Below, one piece after another: positions 13,500 to 27,689 of a stretch of 64,000 nucleotides of DNA (the first letter of the stretch is position 1; every line of letters begins with the position of its first letter). Made by a program: the position numbers and the translations under genes. The notes under the pieces were generated by a model. That model was not told the DNA's origin. It worked only from the letters and a program-made list of their open reading frames with translations, and ran no database searches. The stretch is from Marsupella aquatica (lineage: Eukaryota; Plantae; Marchantiophyta), in contig OZ316892.1 in assembly GCA_973895155.1 (NCBI GenBank), positions 15,492,861-15,556,860 on the forward strand, read 5' to 3'.

Positions 13500-14260
13500 T
13501 CTTCTCCACCCCCCCCCCCCCCTCCAAACAAATTATTTCTACCCTACGTCGCCTATGCAAGAAATTGGCGAGAATCCCAGCTACCATAAATGTGATGGCA
13601 AACATAAGCCGAAAGGATTGGAATGTCTTCTGCAACCTCTGCCATTTCCACTTCATGGCACAAAATCCCCCACTTCACTGATAGCCAGAGTGCGTCTTGT
13701 TGAATACCTTTGCCATGCCTTCGTCCAGTTGCATATCCCAGATTTCCCATTGGAGATCCATCTCATGACATGATTCTCCATGCTTGTATAACCTTGTGCA
13801 CACACTCATAGTGTGTGCCAATGTTGTCATCTTGATTAACAAACAAGGTTCTCCAATTGTTCTCCACCCAGGAATCCTTTAGATCGTCACATCATGGAAA
13901 CTACCAGGGTAGCAAGGGTCAACATAGAATGATGAAGAGTCCATTGTGATCTACAAGCACTGGAATTAAAGTAATACATCTGTTTCCATCCCCGACCACA
14001 TACTGTGACTAGGGCCTTCCCAAGGCCTGCTAGTTTTGCACAAGGTGCAATTAACAAAGCACATGAAGCCAGGCAAGTGGGTGAATGGCCCTTCCAGCTT
14101 CAATTTCATCCTCAATAGGCCATCTGATCTCATTGGCCAAGGTTTCATTCACACAAGAATCTCTAACAATTGCATTATCACAAACAGAAGATCTGACCCA
14201 ATTCTAGCGGGCTGCATCATATGAAATTGAATAGTCATCCTTCGTGTAAAAGATGAACTT
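13500..14260 (-). pseudogene. Degenerate PIF/Harbinger (DDE_Tnp_4-like) transposase fragment; boundaries approximate
   Basis: VKWGI..MKWKWQRLQKTF..FMVAGILANFLHRRR matches the C-terminal E..G.LK.RW..L....LhNF signature. Many stops and frameshifts upstream. Confidence 0.55.
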
Positions 14261-16139
14261 AAGCAACAGTTATTCTGGTGTCAATTTTCAAGGACAGTCT
14301 TCTGGCCTGTGCCCTATCCTGTGGACCTAGCGTGACAATCCATGGATGGGCAGACCACTGCACAAAGCTCTGTAAATTCTTCAAGAGGGGAATTAAGGAT
14401 GTTTTTTAATAATTGCTGAATCTAGGAGTACTTTAAAGGAGATCATCTACTGGTCTTCTTGATTCACAGACTTGAAAAGGAGACAATCTACCAGCCTTCT
14501 CGATTCAGTCACCTGATGCTTCAGCACAAGCTCAATTCTTCTGGCCATTTTTCAGGCCATTGTGATCTGCACAAAAACTCTTGTTCGTGCACTGACTGAG
14601 GGAAAACTTGCTCGTGTTCAGGCTTCCAAGCAGCGGTTGCATTGTCTACTTTTAAATCTGTAGACGCACTACTTCAAGATCCATAGCGCCGCAGACAATG
14701 GTGTGCAGGAGGGCAGCTGATACATGAGATCAACAAGATTTAAGGACCACTGCAACACAGCAACAAAAGCAAAGCTTGTCCTAGTGATGGTAGCTTCACA
14801 GAGCTCAATTTAGCAAGGGTCTTCCACATTCATCCTTCCAAGCTCCTCAACAGCCATAGCCCATCCATGAACATCGAGTACACTGAGTAGAATGCCTGGC
14901 TAGCGCATATCACTAACATATCATGTAGCACCTCTTCACCTTACTATGAGTAGTGAAAAAACTCAATGGCCTTGACAAACCAGGATGTAGTGGTAAATTT
15001 ACGGTCATCATTTTGAGTTAGCTTGAATCCCTAGTAAAATTCAACATGTACTTCAGAGATATCGTTATTATTTTAAAATGTTTTCAAAGGTTAAAGTTTA
15101 GTTAGCACGCTGTAACATTGGGTGTTTGAGCTTCTAAGCACCATAGGGCTCACTATGGGGCGATTATCCCCGACAAAGGGTGTTAACGTACTTATTGAAG
15201 TAGATTAAGTTGTCATAATTTCCGACTTGTCAACACTTTCTCAGAAGTTGTGGAGTTAAATCGCACTTCCGAGTATGCATTAAATTGACAATCAATTTAC
15301 ATGAGAAGGCCATCATGTATGTGCGAGCGATATCTGGACAATTGCTGGCAGACAATGATAGTTTAGAACAGACACCTCCCCCCTTTCACCAATCAGACTT
15401 TTAGTCAAGGTTTACTAGAGTTCCTATCACACACATCTGAAAAAATGAACGCCATACAAAAGGATCCAAGAGAGGAACGCTTCTTAACCCTGGTGAAATA
15501 TATATATGATGATGATTCCTCACATGCCAATCATTCCCTGCACTGATATGTCACGAGTTAACTGTAACAGCAACCAGGATTGAGACGAGATATGGTTAAC
15601 AAACCCGTCGCACTCATCAATTGACAAATGGTGAGATATCTAGATCCAAAGTGACCATGCTGACAAAGCAATTGAATATACACTGCAAGGATCTTACACT
15701 AAGCCATGATCCGATCTTGACAGAGGCCCCCATATCACTTATTATTATTAGGACGAGCTAATAATAACAGCTCCACTCAATCACAAATCGAACCAGCTTT
15801 TCCAGTTCTCCCTGATTGCTGACTCAGAAATCAATCGATTTGACGTGTTTTCAGAAAGAATTAACCAGATCTGAAAATCCAGTGTAACAGCCATGATCCT
15901 TCCTTCTTCCGATTGCGAGTCGTCCGAAAATTGCGGGTAGAAACATTGCGCAGGTGGGAGACACAAGCAGAATTGGGGAAAATTACACAGCAAATGCATC
16001 ACTCTCGAACAGAAAATATCCTCATCATACCTTCAGTAGCCACATCAAGTAAGGTGACCAGCTGAATGGAGAGAACTGAAACTTCGCCTCTACCAAAAAT
16101 GCTTTTAATTCTGCCTCTGTATAAGATAATGGCAGCCGG

Positions 16140-19100
16140 CTAAGCCAGGTAGTTGTATATTTGTGGATTGCTCTTGTCTCTCTCAAGGTACTCACGGTCA
16201 ATCAAACTTTCAATACGTTTCTTGAGGTCTGCAGGTTTGATAGGAAATTTCAACTGCAGACAGGTTCAACCACAAACATGGAATTATTTAATAACGACCT
16301 ACATAAGTAAGCATCTTTTCAATGAAATCCCGTCATCTCACAAGGGCTCAGGATCTATTCAAAGAGAACACGTTCCATCTGCTCCAGACAACTTTTGCAC
16401 CCACATCGACAATGCCTAACTCTGCTTGAGCTGCACAATAGGGGAACGAAAGTCGTGATGCCACTACCATTCCTCAGTAATACATTACAGTGATAACATT
16501 TAAACTCTATCAAGCATAAAACGAGCTTACAGTTCAAATCTTTGGAAGAAAGTACAAAACAAATACCTGTTGAAAAAGTTCAGTAATCAAGAGCGTGTGA
16601 CTCAGCATCTTGCGAGTTTTCATTATTCGTACAATAGCGGCATCAATCTGCATCCGCCGTCACTTACAACTTTAGAATTCTAATCCATCTTATTGAATTC
16701 CTAATTCACGATATGGTCAACGCAAGTGAGCACCGAAAATATGGTATGCCATTTGACAGCAGCTATATGCCTTGACGACACAAAACACAAATATTGCTTG
16801 ACGTTCATTCCCTCGTACTATGCTCCTTGCTTCACACGGAAACTTGTGCGCTTGTAAACTGCTCATCAATTTCATCACAACTATAACAAACCCCTAACCC
16901 CACAGAAAATCCACTATAAGCTGTTAGGGTGTACTTCCAAAATAAGCTTTCACGGGAAACGGATAATAGACAGTTCACACCACTGCCAATGGAATTGTGA
17001 TGAGCTAGTATACGGTAAGGAGAGCTTTAATGGGAGGCGTGTGGACCTGGTACTGTCTGTCTTGAAAGACTCTTTCAGTTGTACTTGTGTTCTCTTCGAC
17101 AGTTTCTTTCAATTGTATAGCATTCACCTGGATACACCGAATCGTGATAAGGACATGAAACAGAAACCATGCGACAATTTACGGTGTCTTTGGAATGATC
17201 TCTAGCACTGGCACTAAAAGACGAGCAACGACATCTGCCCTAACATCTTACCTTAATACGGAACAGCGGAGCCACAAACTCTTCGTTGAAAATAAAGCTG
17301 TCCTCATCCTCCACTTCCCTTCCTTTAGGTTGCTGCTCAATATACAAATCCAAGATATGAACATAGGAAACCAGCACATATGCATACAGCAACAACATCA
17401 GGTGCACTGTATTCAAGCCACTAGAACAACCCATCGTAAACAGAGCCCAAACTTGACATCTGCGTCCAATAGTGACCGAACAAGTCCATTATGCAGAAAG
17501 TTATCATCCATCGCTTCACTCCATGACATTAACTCTCACCTTGGTAATACTACTAATCCGTCTCAATCAGTACTATCAGAACCAAGAAGCCAATCATTAT
17601 TAAAAAAGTTATCATAACTCATTCGTCTCAACAGAAAGTAGCCTGACCTTGACTAGGACTCTCACTTTCCCGCATGCCAAAGACTGAAGAGTTCTGCGCA
17701 GCTCCTTGTCTTCAATAGCAGTTGTGTCTTTTATTTCTTGAAAACTAAGACTATGAGCATCATTGAACAGCATCAATACCACCGTCTGAAGCATTCAAAT
17801 CGTAGATTTAGAACTTGCAGGAGCAGCGTAATCCATTGAACCAGATGAAATATCTATAGTCGTATAAATTGGAAGAGCAGGGTCAAAATAAGATCAACAA
17901 TGTCAGTTGATACTTCAAACATCACCCACCAACCTGGAAGAGAGACACAGAGAGTTCCTTCTTGCCCTTGGGGAAATTTGCCTTGAGGACACAATGACCC
18001 AATGAATTTTGCCACATTAAACGGCGCCCACTGTGTTTACTCAAATAAAACTCTTTGAAAATATCCTGTATGTTCACCTCAGGAAGTCAGAAACTTTCAT
18101 ACAACCGACAAATGCTGCTTCTAATTTGCTTTGACACATACAACCATTAAAAAATACCTCATAAAATCAACACAAATAACAAACAATCAGATAGAGGCAA
18201 GAGGCAAGGTCACTTGAAGAGATAATCTACTGTCACTAACGATCAGAAGGAGGATTTGCACTGTCAGAAAGTGTCTACTCACAGGAAATAATCTACGCAG
18301 AGACTTACCTGGTAGACATTCAACTCGTGAGGCAGCCTAACCTCCATGGGAGGGTATGTTGGCCAGTATCTGCAACAATGCCGCATTCCTAGGGTCAGGC
18401 AATAACGAGATGACCAATAGTCGTGATGAGAACAGAACAACTTTGCCATATTTCGTTTGTCCATAAACCTGAACTCAAGCTAAAGGACTGTTTGGCTCCA
18501 CATGTTTGTAATGCATGTTCCTTCTACCTGAGATATTTTTAAATTTGAAGCAACTTACTACCCGGCAAACCTGCCAATACAAAGGCACCAACCAGCCAAT
18601 CCAGTCTGGCTTAATGAAGGTATTTCTATAATTCACACAAGGCGGCAAAAGCGCACTTACCCAGTTGTTAGTACATGTACATTCATCTCAATGCCAGATG
18701 GCAACTTCAATCTTGCTTGGGCAGATTGTCTGAATGATTCATTAATCTCCCTTGACAATTCAATATCCTGCAGGTTTAATCATCAGAATCTCTTATTTAT
18801 CTCAGCCAGAATAACACTGCATGGCACTTAAGAACCATGCCCTGAGAGTTTCCCTGGATTGAGGCTAAGACAAAGGAAGACAAAATTCAATATCACTATT
18901 GAAACAATTAGACCACAATCAAAACCACAAAGAGATCAATACCTTGAACATGCCTTCCAATTTGTTTGTGAACTGGCTCCCACACTCTGTTTTGAGCTGG
19001 ATAAATTTCAATTTCACGTTAATTCTAAGATGTTTCATGTTCGGAATTGAGAATATAGAAGCCCATTAACTTAGCACCAAACTTTCCGAAACATTTCATG

Positions 19101-22100
19101 TGCATATTTGCAACCAGAGGCAAGAAAACATTGGTCGAAATCAGAAGGTGAACTACTTTCCTATCGATGAATATATGTCGGAAACAACTTACCTTGGAGA
19201 TCATAGACTTCTCTGCGTCAATTGAGGCACTCTTACCGAGTAACAATCTCTTTGCCAGGTCCTTCTTATAAAAAGCCTCAAAAACGTCTTTACCCTGACC
19301 CAGACATGGAGCAGAACAGATCTTTTTGTTACTTGGACAATTACGCAGGACACCTACAATAAGAGCTGCTATCTTTGGTGAGGAAACAGACAATCAGTAG
19401 TGCCATCGTTGTAGCTAAGGCAGAAGAGTGGTGAGGCTCTGCGACGCTATCTCTAGGGTCAATTAATCCTCTGGTTCAGAAAATCACCCTCACTGTCCCT
19501 AAACTTAGTCCTTTATGACATCATAGAGTAATCCCTTAGCCCATACCTGAATGAACCTAAACAGAACCAACACTTTGTCGAGAATTCCTTCCAGCTCCTC
19601 TTCTGAAGTGCCTTTGTTGCCAGCTCTCAACTTTCCATCAATGAACTTGGCAATCAATTCTGCTGGCCGATTCTACAGATACAAAGCAACCATTATTTGT
19701 CAATTACCCGTTACCACTGAGCAAAATATGCTGATCCCAAACGGCAGGGGAACCAAGAAACGATGTTATGCACACATATAGCCACATCGGACAAGGGTTT
19801 AGATTCGCCAGTTCCAAAGACAAACTTCCACTTGTCCTCTAGTGACCCAGCATCTGGCTCCTGTTTCGGCACCAATTAGCCTAGTTCGACTCGATAAATA
19901 GATAGCAGCCTCAGAAATTCCTTTCAAATATCACTCATTGGGAAATTAAGCCATTTCAACAACCCATGATATATAAGTGCTTTGCGATGTTCCTTGTCGG
20001 AGCGCCCAAACGCATTTTCAGCGGAAGGAACCACTCTTATTCACAGACACAGAATATCCCCAAAGCTCACCTGTCGCAAATTAATTAGGTGTTCACACGC
20101 GTCTTTAATAGTGTTGGCAAAGCTCTCATTCTTGAAGAAACTTTCTTCCCAAATTGTATCAAGCCGTGCTTTGAGATCCAAAAGACAAGAAACCATGTCT
20201 TTATCCTTCTCCTCGTCCATTACAATATCCTGTCCCGTTGCTTTAATGTAGGTGCTCAGCCCTTGTCTCAAAGATTCCAAAGCACTGACTCTCACAAACA
20301 ATGTATACATCCGCTGAAGGTCTCCAACCCGATTGGCATCCATGAGAACACTGAATCCCTGAAACACGCATTGAGTCGACATTCCAAGAATTCAAAGCAT
20401 TATTACAGTTGTTCAATCCCAAGTAAATCTGCGAAAAGGAAGAGAAGGCACATCTATAAACCAAGATGGAAATGGAAATTAGCCAATCAACGAACCAAGA
20501 CGGGAGCCATAGTTTGCAACTCATATCTAACCACAATGCTGTTACATATTCTGCAGCTAGAACGGGGAAGATAAGTCAAAGGCCTTCCACATTACTTTCT
20601 CAAGAATTGCATTTGTATGTCGATCTAAAAGCTGTTTTTCTGCAGTGGCCACCAGTGACTTCCTGGTACCGGCATCCAGGTACAACAGACATCGATCATT
20701 CTCCTCGTGCAGTCGTGCCTACAGAAAATTATTCCAGAACAAAATAAGAGTTTACAGAAAGCTCTGACTCAGCAACCGCATACACAGTTTCGATAATATA
20801 AGACTGAATTGATTAACGTTCTCAACAAAAACTTCAATAAACGAAAATCCTTGTGAACGAGCGGACATCAGGATGATTAGGAACAACCACTCTAAGAAAT
20901 AAAATTATGCACTCAATTAGCGTACGGTACCCTTTCAGAATAAAAAGCCAGATACAAAGATGAGCAAAGGCCTATAAGGATGCACTTTACTGTGTTTGCG
21001 CCAATATAAATCTTATGCATTCCCACACTACGGGTAGGCGTACCTCAACATGCTTTAGATAGTCTGGAACATCAGTTTGCTGCATGAACCTAGTACCCTC
21101 TGCAGCATAAAAGTCAGCTGTGCATTCCAAGAAAGGTCTCTCGAAGCTCTCTCCATAAATGGTAAGTGCACTAAACATTCGCAGCAGGTGCTTGAGGAGC
21201 GTTCGATCAACTGTTTCTCCCATTCTGAACATGAAATTTACACTAGGTTTAGTGATCTAATTTTTACTCAAAATCTACATTACACCCAAACATAACTCCA
21301 AACTATGCGGATGGGAACCCCGCTACGCATGCAGTTCTACCTCTCAAGAAAGTAAGCGAGTTAGGAGAAATCCACTTATCAAGAGGCAAAGGCAGGTGCT
21401 TACCGTTCCTTCTCAATCAGTTTTAATAAACCAGACACTGTCTTGTTCTCAACCTCAGGGCAAGAGGATAGGTGCTTGCGAAATAGCTGCAAACCCATGT
21501 CCCACAACGATCGAACATTTGCATTTTGAATGACATAGGTTCGATCCAGATACAGAGCAATACTTCTGATCATGAGCATCTGATTGCAGTGGTCTTGCCA
21601 GCAGTTTTCCACATGCGACAAGAATACCACTGGGTCTGGGCTCTGACCCACAAGTGATTGTAGCTTTTCCTGTATGTGGCCCTCACATTCTTGTTGGAGC
21701 CTCTGGTACAGATTTCCTGACATCTTGTGCAGACATAGATCTTCTACGGCCTGCATAAAGATACCATGATACATTTATCCTTAGCGTGCACTTCCATTGT
21801 GCATACAGGATCAGTGGCCGTACACTAGCTCCTTTGCGTAACTTAAGATTCTTCTGTTACAAATAATCCACTGAGCTCACTACTGTCAACAAATTCGAGG
21901 AGTGCACACGTTTCCCTGACCAATTTATTGAGATATCAATTATATCAACAGGCACAAGATTAACTCTGCTTCTGCCAATAGCCGAAAACAATAGATTCCC
22001 ACCTCAATCTTTTTTTTCCCCCAGAGAGGAACAAGTTTCTAGCAAAACGACACAAAACTCAACCTTCTCATATTTCAAATTTGGTTTGTTCAAAAACAGC

Positions 22101-23806
22101 ACATTGCCCTTAGTAATCAAGCTAAATGCCCCATTTTGTCCTATTTATTACGCTCTCAGCTAGTGTAGAAGATCTACAAAATCAGCACAGTAACTAATAA
22201 TCAATCATCCCACAGCAACGTTGCGCACTTACTACATCTTGGTCACTAATACAGGCCGCCCAGATATTATACAGGCTCTCCTTAGTCTATCATCCACTTA
22301 CAAGACCTCACCAAGGTGATGCATACAAACCCGATAGAGCTCTTCTAAGCTGCAAGATACAGGTTGCTTCAGGTGAATAGCCATAACAGCCTTTTTGATT
22401 TTGGCCCATGTTACTTCTTCAAAATTGGTCGGGAGCTTAGGTTTGTCTGCAGGACGGAGAAATGCGACTGTTCAGTATCGTCACCAGGTCTTAAAGTTCT
22501 TTCAATGCAACCAGCGGCCGGTGCCCAAGATCAAATGATCAGCGCCTCGCATAAAAATTGTTTGCCTGAACGAAGTGTTAGTGCAAGAAAGGAGAACGCA
22601 ACACAGCTGTAGAAAGCTCAGTTCAAGAAATCTTACAATCCAAAACATTTCCATCTCGAAAAATTATTGCTCTAGACTTGGTACAAAACTAAGACAAGTA
22701 CCGAAAGTGCAACTTGGCCAATCTGTCAATCAACTGCTCAATGAGGAAACCCCCAGACCTCAAAGAAAACTAGCCTTGCACTCCACCTGTAAACGCAAAA
22801 ACACTTCCCTGCAACTAACTTTCTCGGATAATTACTCTGTCACTGTAACCTACTACCCATATATTGTGGCTTCCAACCCGTGCATTGGCAGAAACATTGT
22901 TCAAATACGTGGCGTGAAAGAAGACAACGAATGGTGAGTAAATCAGGCAAACCCACGCAAAAATTGACTTCCTTCGACAACTATCCATTTTGATGCTCGT
23001 CAGTGCGGAGAATGGTCAGGAGATAAGACCAAATTCCACCAACCGCTCGACAGAGAAGGGGCAAGGAACTGAAAACAACGGCCTCAGAAAATAATCAGAA
23101 CAAGAGCGGTTACAGTGGAAATAAACCTAACACCGTTAGCAGGTGTGGAGCTACTCAACCACATTATTCAGCCAAGACCTTCAGACAGGATCAAGTAAGG
23201 CTCACTATTTGAACTCTTCTGTTTGAGCTATCGATGGGACGAGTCAAGCAGGAGAAAGATGCGGGCCTAGGCAATGGCTTTCAGCCTACAAATACTCCAT
23301 TCACACATGCTTTGATAGGACAACATGGCGATCGGGTAGAAATTGTGCTCGCCAGCTGGAAGAATCCTCAGACAACCACAAAACATACTTGTTCAACACC
23401 ACAACAGCCTATATATGATTTTCAAGGTTACAATCTCCCATCAATCGTAGTTTAACATCTTGCCATTCAAACTCCTCCAATAAGACACGATAGTTTGGCG
23501 TGTAGACATACCTTTGAAAGGTTTGATAACTAATTTTCTTGCGGGCTGCGGGGGTGTAGCCTTCTTCCGAGACAAGTTTGCTGTGGTACCACCACCCATC
23601 ACCATGCCAGGGGTTGGGCCCGACAAATCATCTGCTTTTAGGTCTATCGTCATCAAATCACTTGCACTATCTTCTTCGCTAGTTAGTTGTTGGACACCAT
23701 GCTTCTCGAATGATTCCAGTCCAGACTGGGGCTTCGGCTTCTTTGAGGCGGAAAGCATAGTCGACCCGCCAGTTCCACCAATGCTTAGTCTCTTCTTTTG
23801 CGACAT
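16140..23806 (-). CDS. CUL4: Cullin-4, 17 coding exons, 808 aa
   Basis: GT-AG exons with compatible phases: 23512-23806, 22331-22446, 21404-21750, 21044-21224, 20596-20718, 20071-20358, 19547-19672, 19193-19294, 18943-18996, 18661-18767, 18309-18369, 17934-18065, 17648-17785, 17252-17332, 17047-17127, 16567-16647, 16140-16253 (sum 2427 nt). Motifs: [18 protein letters not shown], neddylation site [10 protein letters not shown]-terminus YNYLA*. Confidence 0.97.
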
Positions 23807-23845
23807 TAAACTCTCAAACAAGGTAGCAAACCGTGCCACCTCCAC

Positions 23846-24960
23846 CTGTTATCCAGCACATCTCTGCTTGCTATGCACTTAGCTGTTTCCCCTTCTTCGC
23901 TCTCTCCCTATACTTCCCGGGACGGCGCCGTCGAGTAAAGTGACGTCATCTGCTTCTTCTCCCAGATTCAATAGAGCCAAACCCCTACTCTCACATCCAA
24001 CAACCTATTATCCTTCGGGTGGCTCATAGATAACATTGACACATACAATTGCAATAGAAAACGGAGTTACGTCAATCACTTCTGAGCGCAGGCCAGCTCC
24101 ACATCTGTAATTGAGAAAGTCCCGTTAAATCACACCCACGTCTTCCATCCAACTCAATGCCACACCTGTCTCCGGGGCAAGTAGGACAACTCTTCTTCCT
24201 GCACGCTGCCAACCCGCTTCCACCTACACCGACCCGACGAGCCCTAACGATCCAAAATAAAAAACGAGGAACAATCAACGTGAAAAGCACGTCCTGTCCT
24301 CAATCCCTAAGAAAACTTAGACTAAAACAAGTCTTGCAGAAAAGTAGATTTGATCAAATCCCAAACCCCAGCTCTACACCGCCAGCACCCCCTAACGACG
24401 ACATGTCACAATTCTGGCAACACAAACAATGGAAGAACCTACGAACTCGGTTTCTCTTTGATCAACTTCCGCTGTTCGTTCAGATTGAGTCCCAGCAACA
24501 AGATGTTCGCTCTCAATGCGCGCTGCCTGTACGCATCGAGCCCGAGCCCGACGCAATCAACAATAGCCGTGCAGATCGCTCCATGGATCACAACGCTAGC
24601 AGGCAGGTAAAGAGTTCACAGAAAGATAGAAAGAAGACAATCGCCTGACCTTGCGCAAAGCACCGCCACCCTCGTCCTCCGCTTCTTCCACGGATTTCGA
24701 ATTTTCGCCCGTGCCCAGTTCGCGTAACCTGTTCCCTCCTGTTCCTCCTGTTCCTCCTCGTCCTCCTCGTCAGCTATCTCTGCTGCTAGTGAAGCTCTCC
24801 ACCAACAAGACAGTAAGTGTGTGCGCTCGTCTCAGAGGGAGCCAGAGGATCAAAAGCCGACGTCCGACCGACCGACCGTCTACTGTTGCTCCCGACCACG
24901 GGGCTAAACACGTCCATCGCTATGGCAGTACTACTACTACTACTGCCTCAAACTGAGAGG
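23846..24960 (-). promoter_or_regulatory. Probable CUL4 5'-UTR intron, non-coding first exon and promoter
   Basis: Acceptor CAG at 23846 upstream of the ATG and a donor-like AAG|GTCAGG near 24649. A GA-rich leader-like sequence lies at ~24650-24800. Confidence 0.45.
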
Positions 24961-25319
24961 CACGGACGCACCATTGATCAGACGAAACGACGCACCATTG
25001 ATCAGGTGAGACGAGCATCATCAGTATGGGGAGAGAAAAAAGAGAAACCAAACCAAGCTGAGCCGGGAACTACGGTAGGGTACGAAGCGCCCACATTGTC
25101 GAAAGGAGGACGGGCAACGAGGACCTACTGGACCGGACTGTAAAGTAGATGAAGTTTCAGGGAAGTTGACGGTGGTCTACCCCGTCGACGGTCGACTTGG
25201 TGAACTAAAAGTGAAATAATGTTATAAAGACGATCAGGTTTGAATAGAAAATAAACTAGGCCCAAGACCAAAACTATATACACCCTAAGCAACCTTGGTT
25301 GTCCCATTATGAGGTACTA

Positions 25320-26368
25320 CCGTTTTCCCCTGAACACAAGGCCCGGGCACTATATTAGAATAGTGAGCCAAGGGGCGCTCTATTCGAATATAGCGCCAAG
25401 GGCGCTGTGTTTGAGTTTGAAGTCAACATTTTCATTTTTTGGACTTGTGGCGTTGTGTTCAAATTGTGGCGTTGTGTTCAAATTTAAGGTAATGTGCTTG
25501 AATTTTGGCTTTGTGAGATGCATATAGGGTGTAAGTAGGAATGATAGACATAGAAGTTATGTGTATTAGAGAGGAGTGTGTTCAAGTTTAGGTTTTTTGA
25601 CTTCCCAACAATATTTGCTCACGTCAAAGGATGTGTAGCTAAATAATTGAACCACTGAAATTACACAAGGGGAGAAATCAAATTTCAATAGAAAACAAAA
25701 CCTGACAAACCATACGTACCAAGTGTACTATTATCACTTAGTAAAACATATTCGTCCACTTTTCACAGTTGTTTGGTTTACTATGACCAATTTGCTCATT
25801 TCTATTATTTAATCTTTTTTCATGTAGCCTGGAATGTTCGTGAGACTGCTGTGTTTCTAGTGGAGTGCCTTGATCTCGAGGGCAATGGAAATTGAAAATA
25901 GAGAAAGTGAGTCATCAGACCTAATTATGCACATAGGCACTATGGGTTTTATTGACAAGACGTCGTGGCATCAGTCAGAGGTTGATGTGAAAGTCCGTTG
26001 AAAGTTCACACAACAAAAGAATATATTGATACTTCCGGATTGCTGCTTAACATTTTGGAAAGAGCACACACTTCTCCGAGAATGAAGTATTTTGAAATTA
26101 GCTTACATTTCTCAAAGGACGATGGATTTCGTAAGTTGAAAGTGCAGATATGTCGGATGATTTTAAGTAACGTATTGTAGTTGCAACCAGTTACCTTTCT
26201 CCTATAGTCACTTGTGCATTTTTGAACACAAAGTCAATTTTGAACACAACGCCCGGGCGCTGTGTTAATATGGCGTTGTGTTTGAGTGAAAACATCTTTT
26301 TTGCCTAAAGTCCCTGTTTTGACCATATTTGAACACAACGCCCGACCGCTGTGTTTGAGGGAAGACAG
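25320..26368. mobile_element. Non-autonomous Tc1/mariner/pogo-type MITE with TA TSD
   Basis: Left TA|CCGTTTTCCCCTGAACACAAGGCCCGGGC and right (reverse complement) TA|CTGTCTTCCCTCAAACACAGCGGTCGGGC. Subterminal GGCG(C/T)TGTGTT repeats occur at both ends; no coding capacity. Confidence 0.7.
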
Positions 26369-26392
26369 TAGCCCAATGTATCTGCCTTGTAC

Positions 26393-27115
26393 AAAGATGT
26401 CAAGGTGAGAAAAGTATGTAAAGGAAAGAAAAGAAAAGAAAAATATGTAAAAATGAGGAAAAGGTTTCAAGGAGAGAAAAGATGTCAAGGGTGAAGGAAA
26501 GATGTCGTTGTAAGATAAAGATGTAGTGATGAGAAAAAGATACAGAGATGAGAAAAATAAAAGATGTTGAGAAGAGAGAAAAATGTCAAGGTGAGAAATA
26601 AAATAGAGGAAAGGAAAAAATGTCGAGGAGAGAAAAGATCTCGAGGGTGAGAAAAACATGTCATGGTGAGATAAAGATATCAATGTGAAAAAAAGATGAT
26701 GATATGAGAAAGAAAAAAATGTAAAATGAAAGAAAGGTGTCAAGGACAGAAAAAAATGTAAAAATGAGGAAAAGGTTTCAAGTAGATAAAAGATGTCAAG
26801 GGTGAAGGAAAGATGTTGTTGTAAGATAAAGATGTAGTGGTGAGAAAAAGATACCGAGATGAGAAAAATAAAAGATGTTGAGAAGAGAGAAAGATGTCAA
26901 GGTGAAAAAAGATATAGAAGAAAGGAAAAAATGTCGAGGAGAGAAAAGATCTCGAGGGTGAGAAAAACATGTCATGATGAGATAAAGATATCAATGTGAG
27001 AAAAAGATGATGATATGAGAAAGAAATGCCAATGCAAGGAGAAGATGTTGAGGGGGAATGGATATGTAAAGATTAGAAAAAGATGTCAATGGGAGAAAAG
27101 ATGTCAAAGCAAGTC
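26393..27115 (+). repeat. Purine-rich tandem array (AAAGATGTCAAGG-like subunits; ~310-bp higher-order duplication)
   Basis: 26442-26725 is repeated at ~26752-27025. The Phe/Ser-rich minus-strand ORFs here are an artefact of composition. Confidence 0.85.
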
Positions 27116-27689
27116 AACAAATTAGGTCGAGTACCCCTTGTATATGTAAGCTTGTTTTATTGAACTATTTGGAGCCATCAAGAGTTTCACATTGGAGTAG
27201 ATAGATGAGAGGCCAAAGATTAAATGGAGGATTCCAAATGAAAGTGAATTTTAAAGGTAGTTAGGACAATTTCATTGAAGACATTCATGGTAATAGGAGT
27301 TCATGGTAATACGGAGGGTAATTCTCCATGCAAAAAGTTTCCCTTAGTAGCTCTATGTCTATAGAATACATGTAACATTTCATATAGTTCATGCAAAATA
27401 TTATTTTGTCCATAGTAGTTGAAAGGTTTTAGAGTACTTTGGTATTCCTTTACCCATGAAAATTATGGTGTTTCTTCCCTTTGCATGTTACTCCTCTATC
27501 CATAGTAGCCAATTGAAGGGTTTTTTAAATTACCTTGGTAAATGTTAGTGAAGTGGAAAAGTTTCTTGAGTTTCTTAATATGTTACCTTGGTAAATGTTA
27601 GAGAAGCTAAAGAGTTTCTTTCTATTTGTCCTTATTTCAAAAATGTGTAAATTAAATAGAAAATTCCTTTAAACATTTTTTCTTTTTAT

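Noticed and set aside
24157-25143. Plus-strand ORFs upstream of CUL4
   Set aside because: No domain features; they overlap the probable CUL4 5'-UTR/promoter.
26234-26994. Phe/Ser-rich ORFs as membrane proteins
   Set aside because: They are the complement of a purine-rich tandem repeat.
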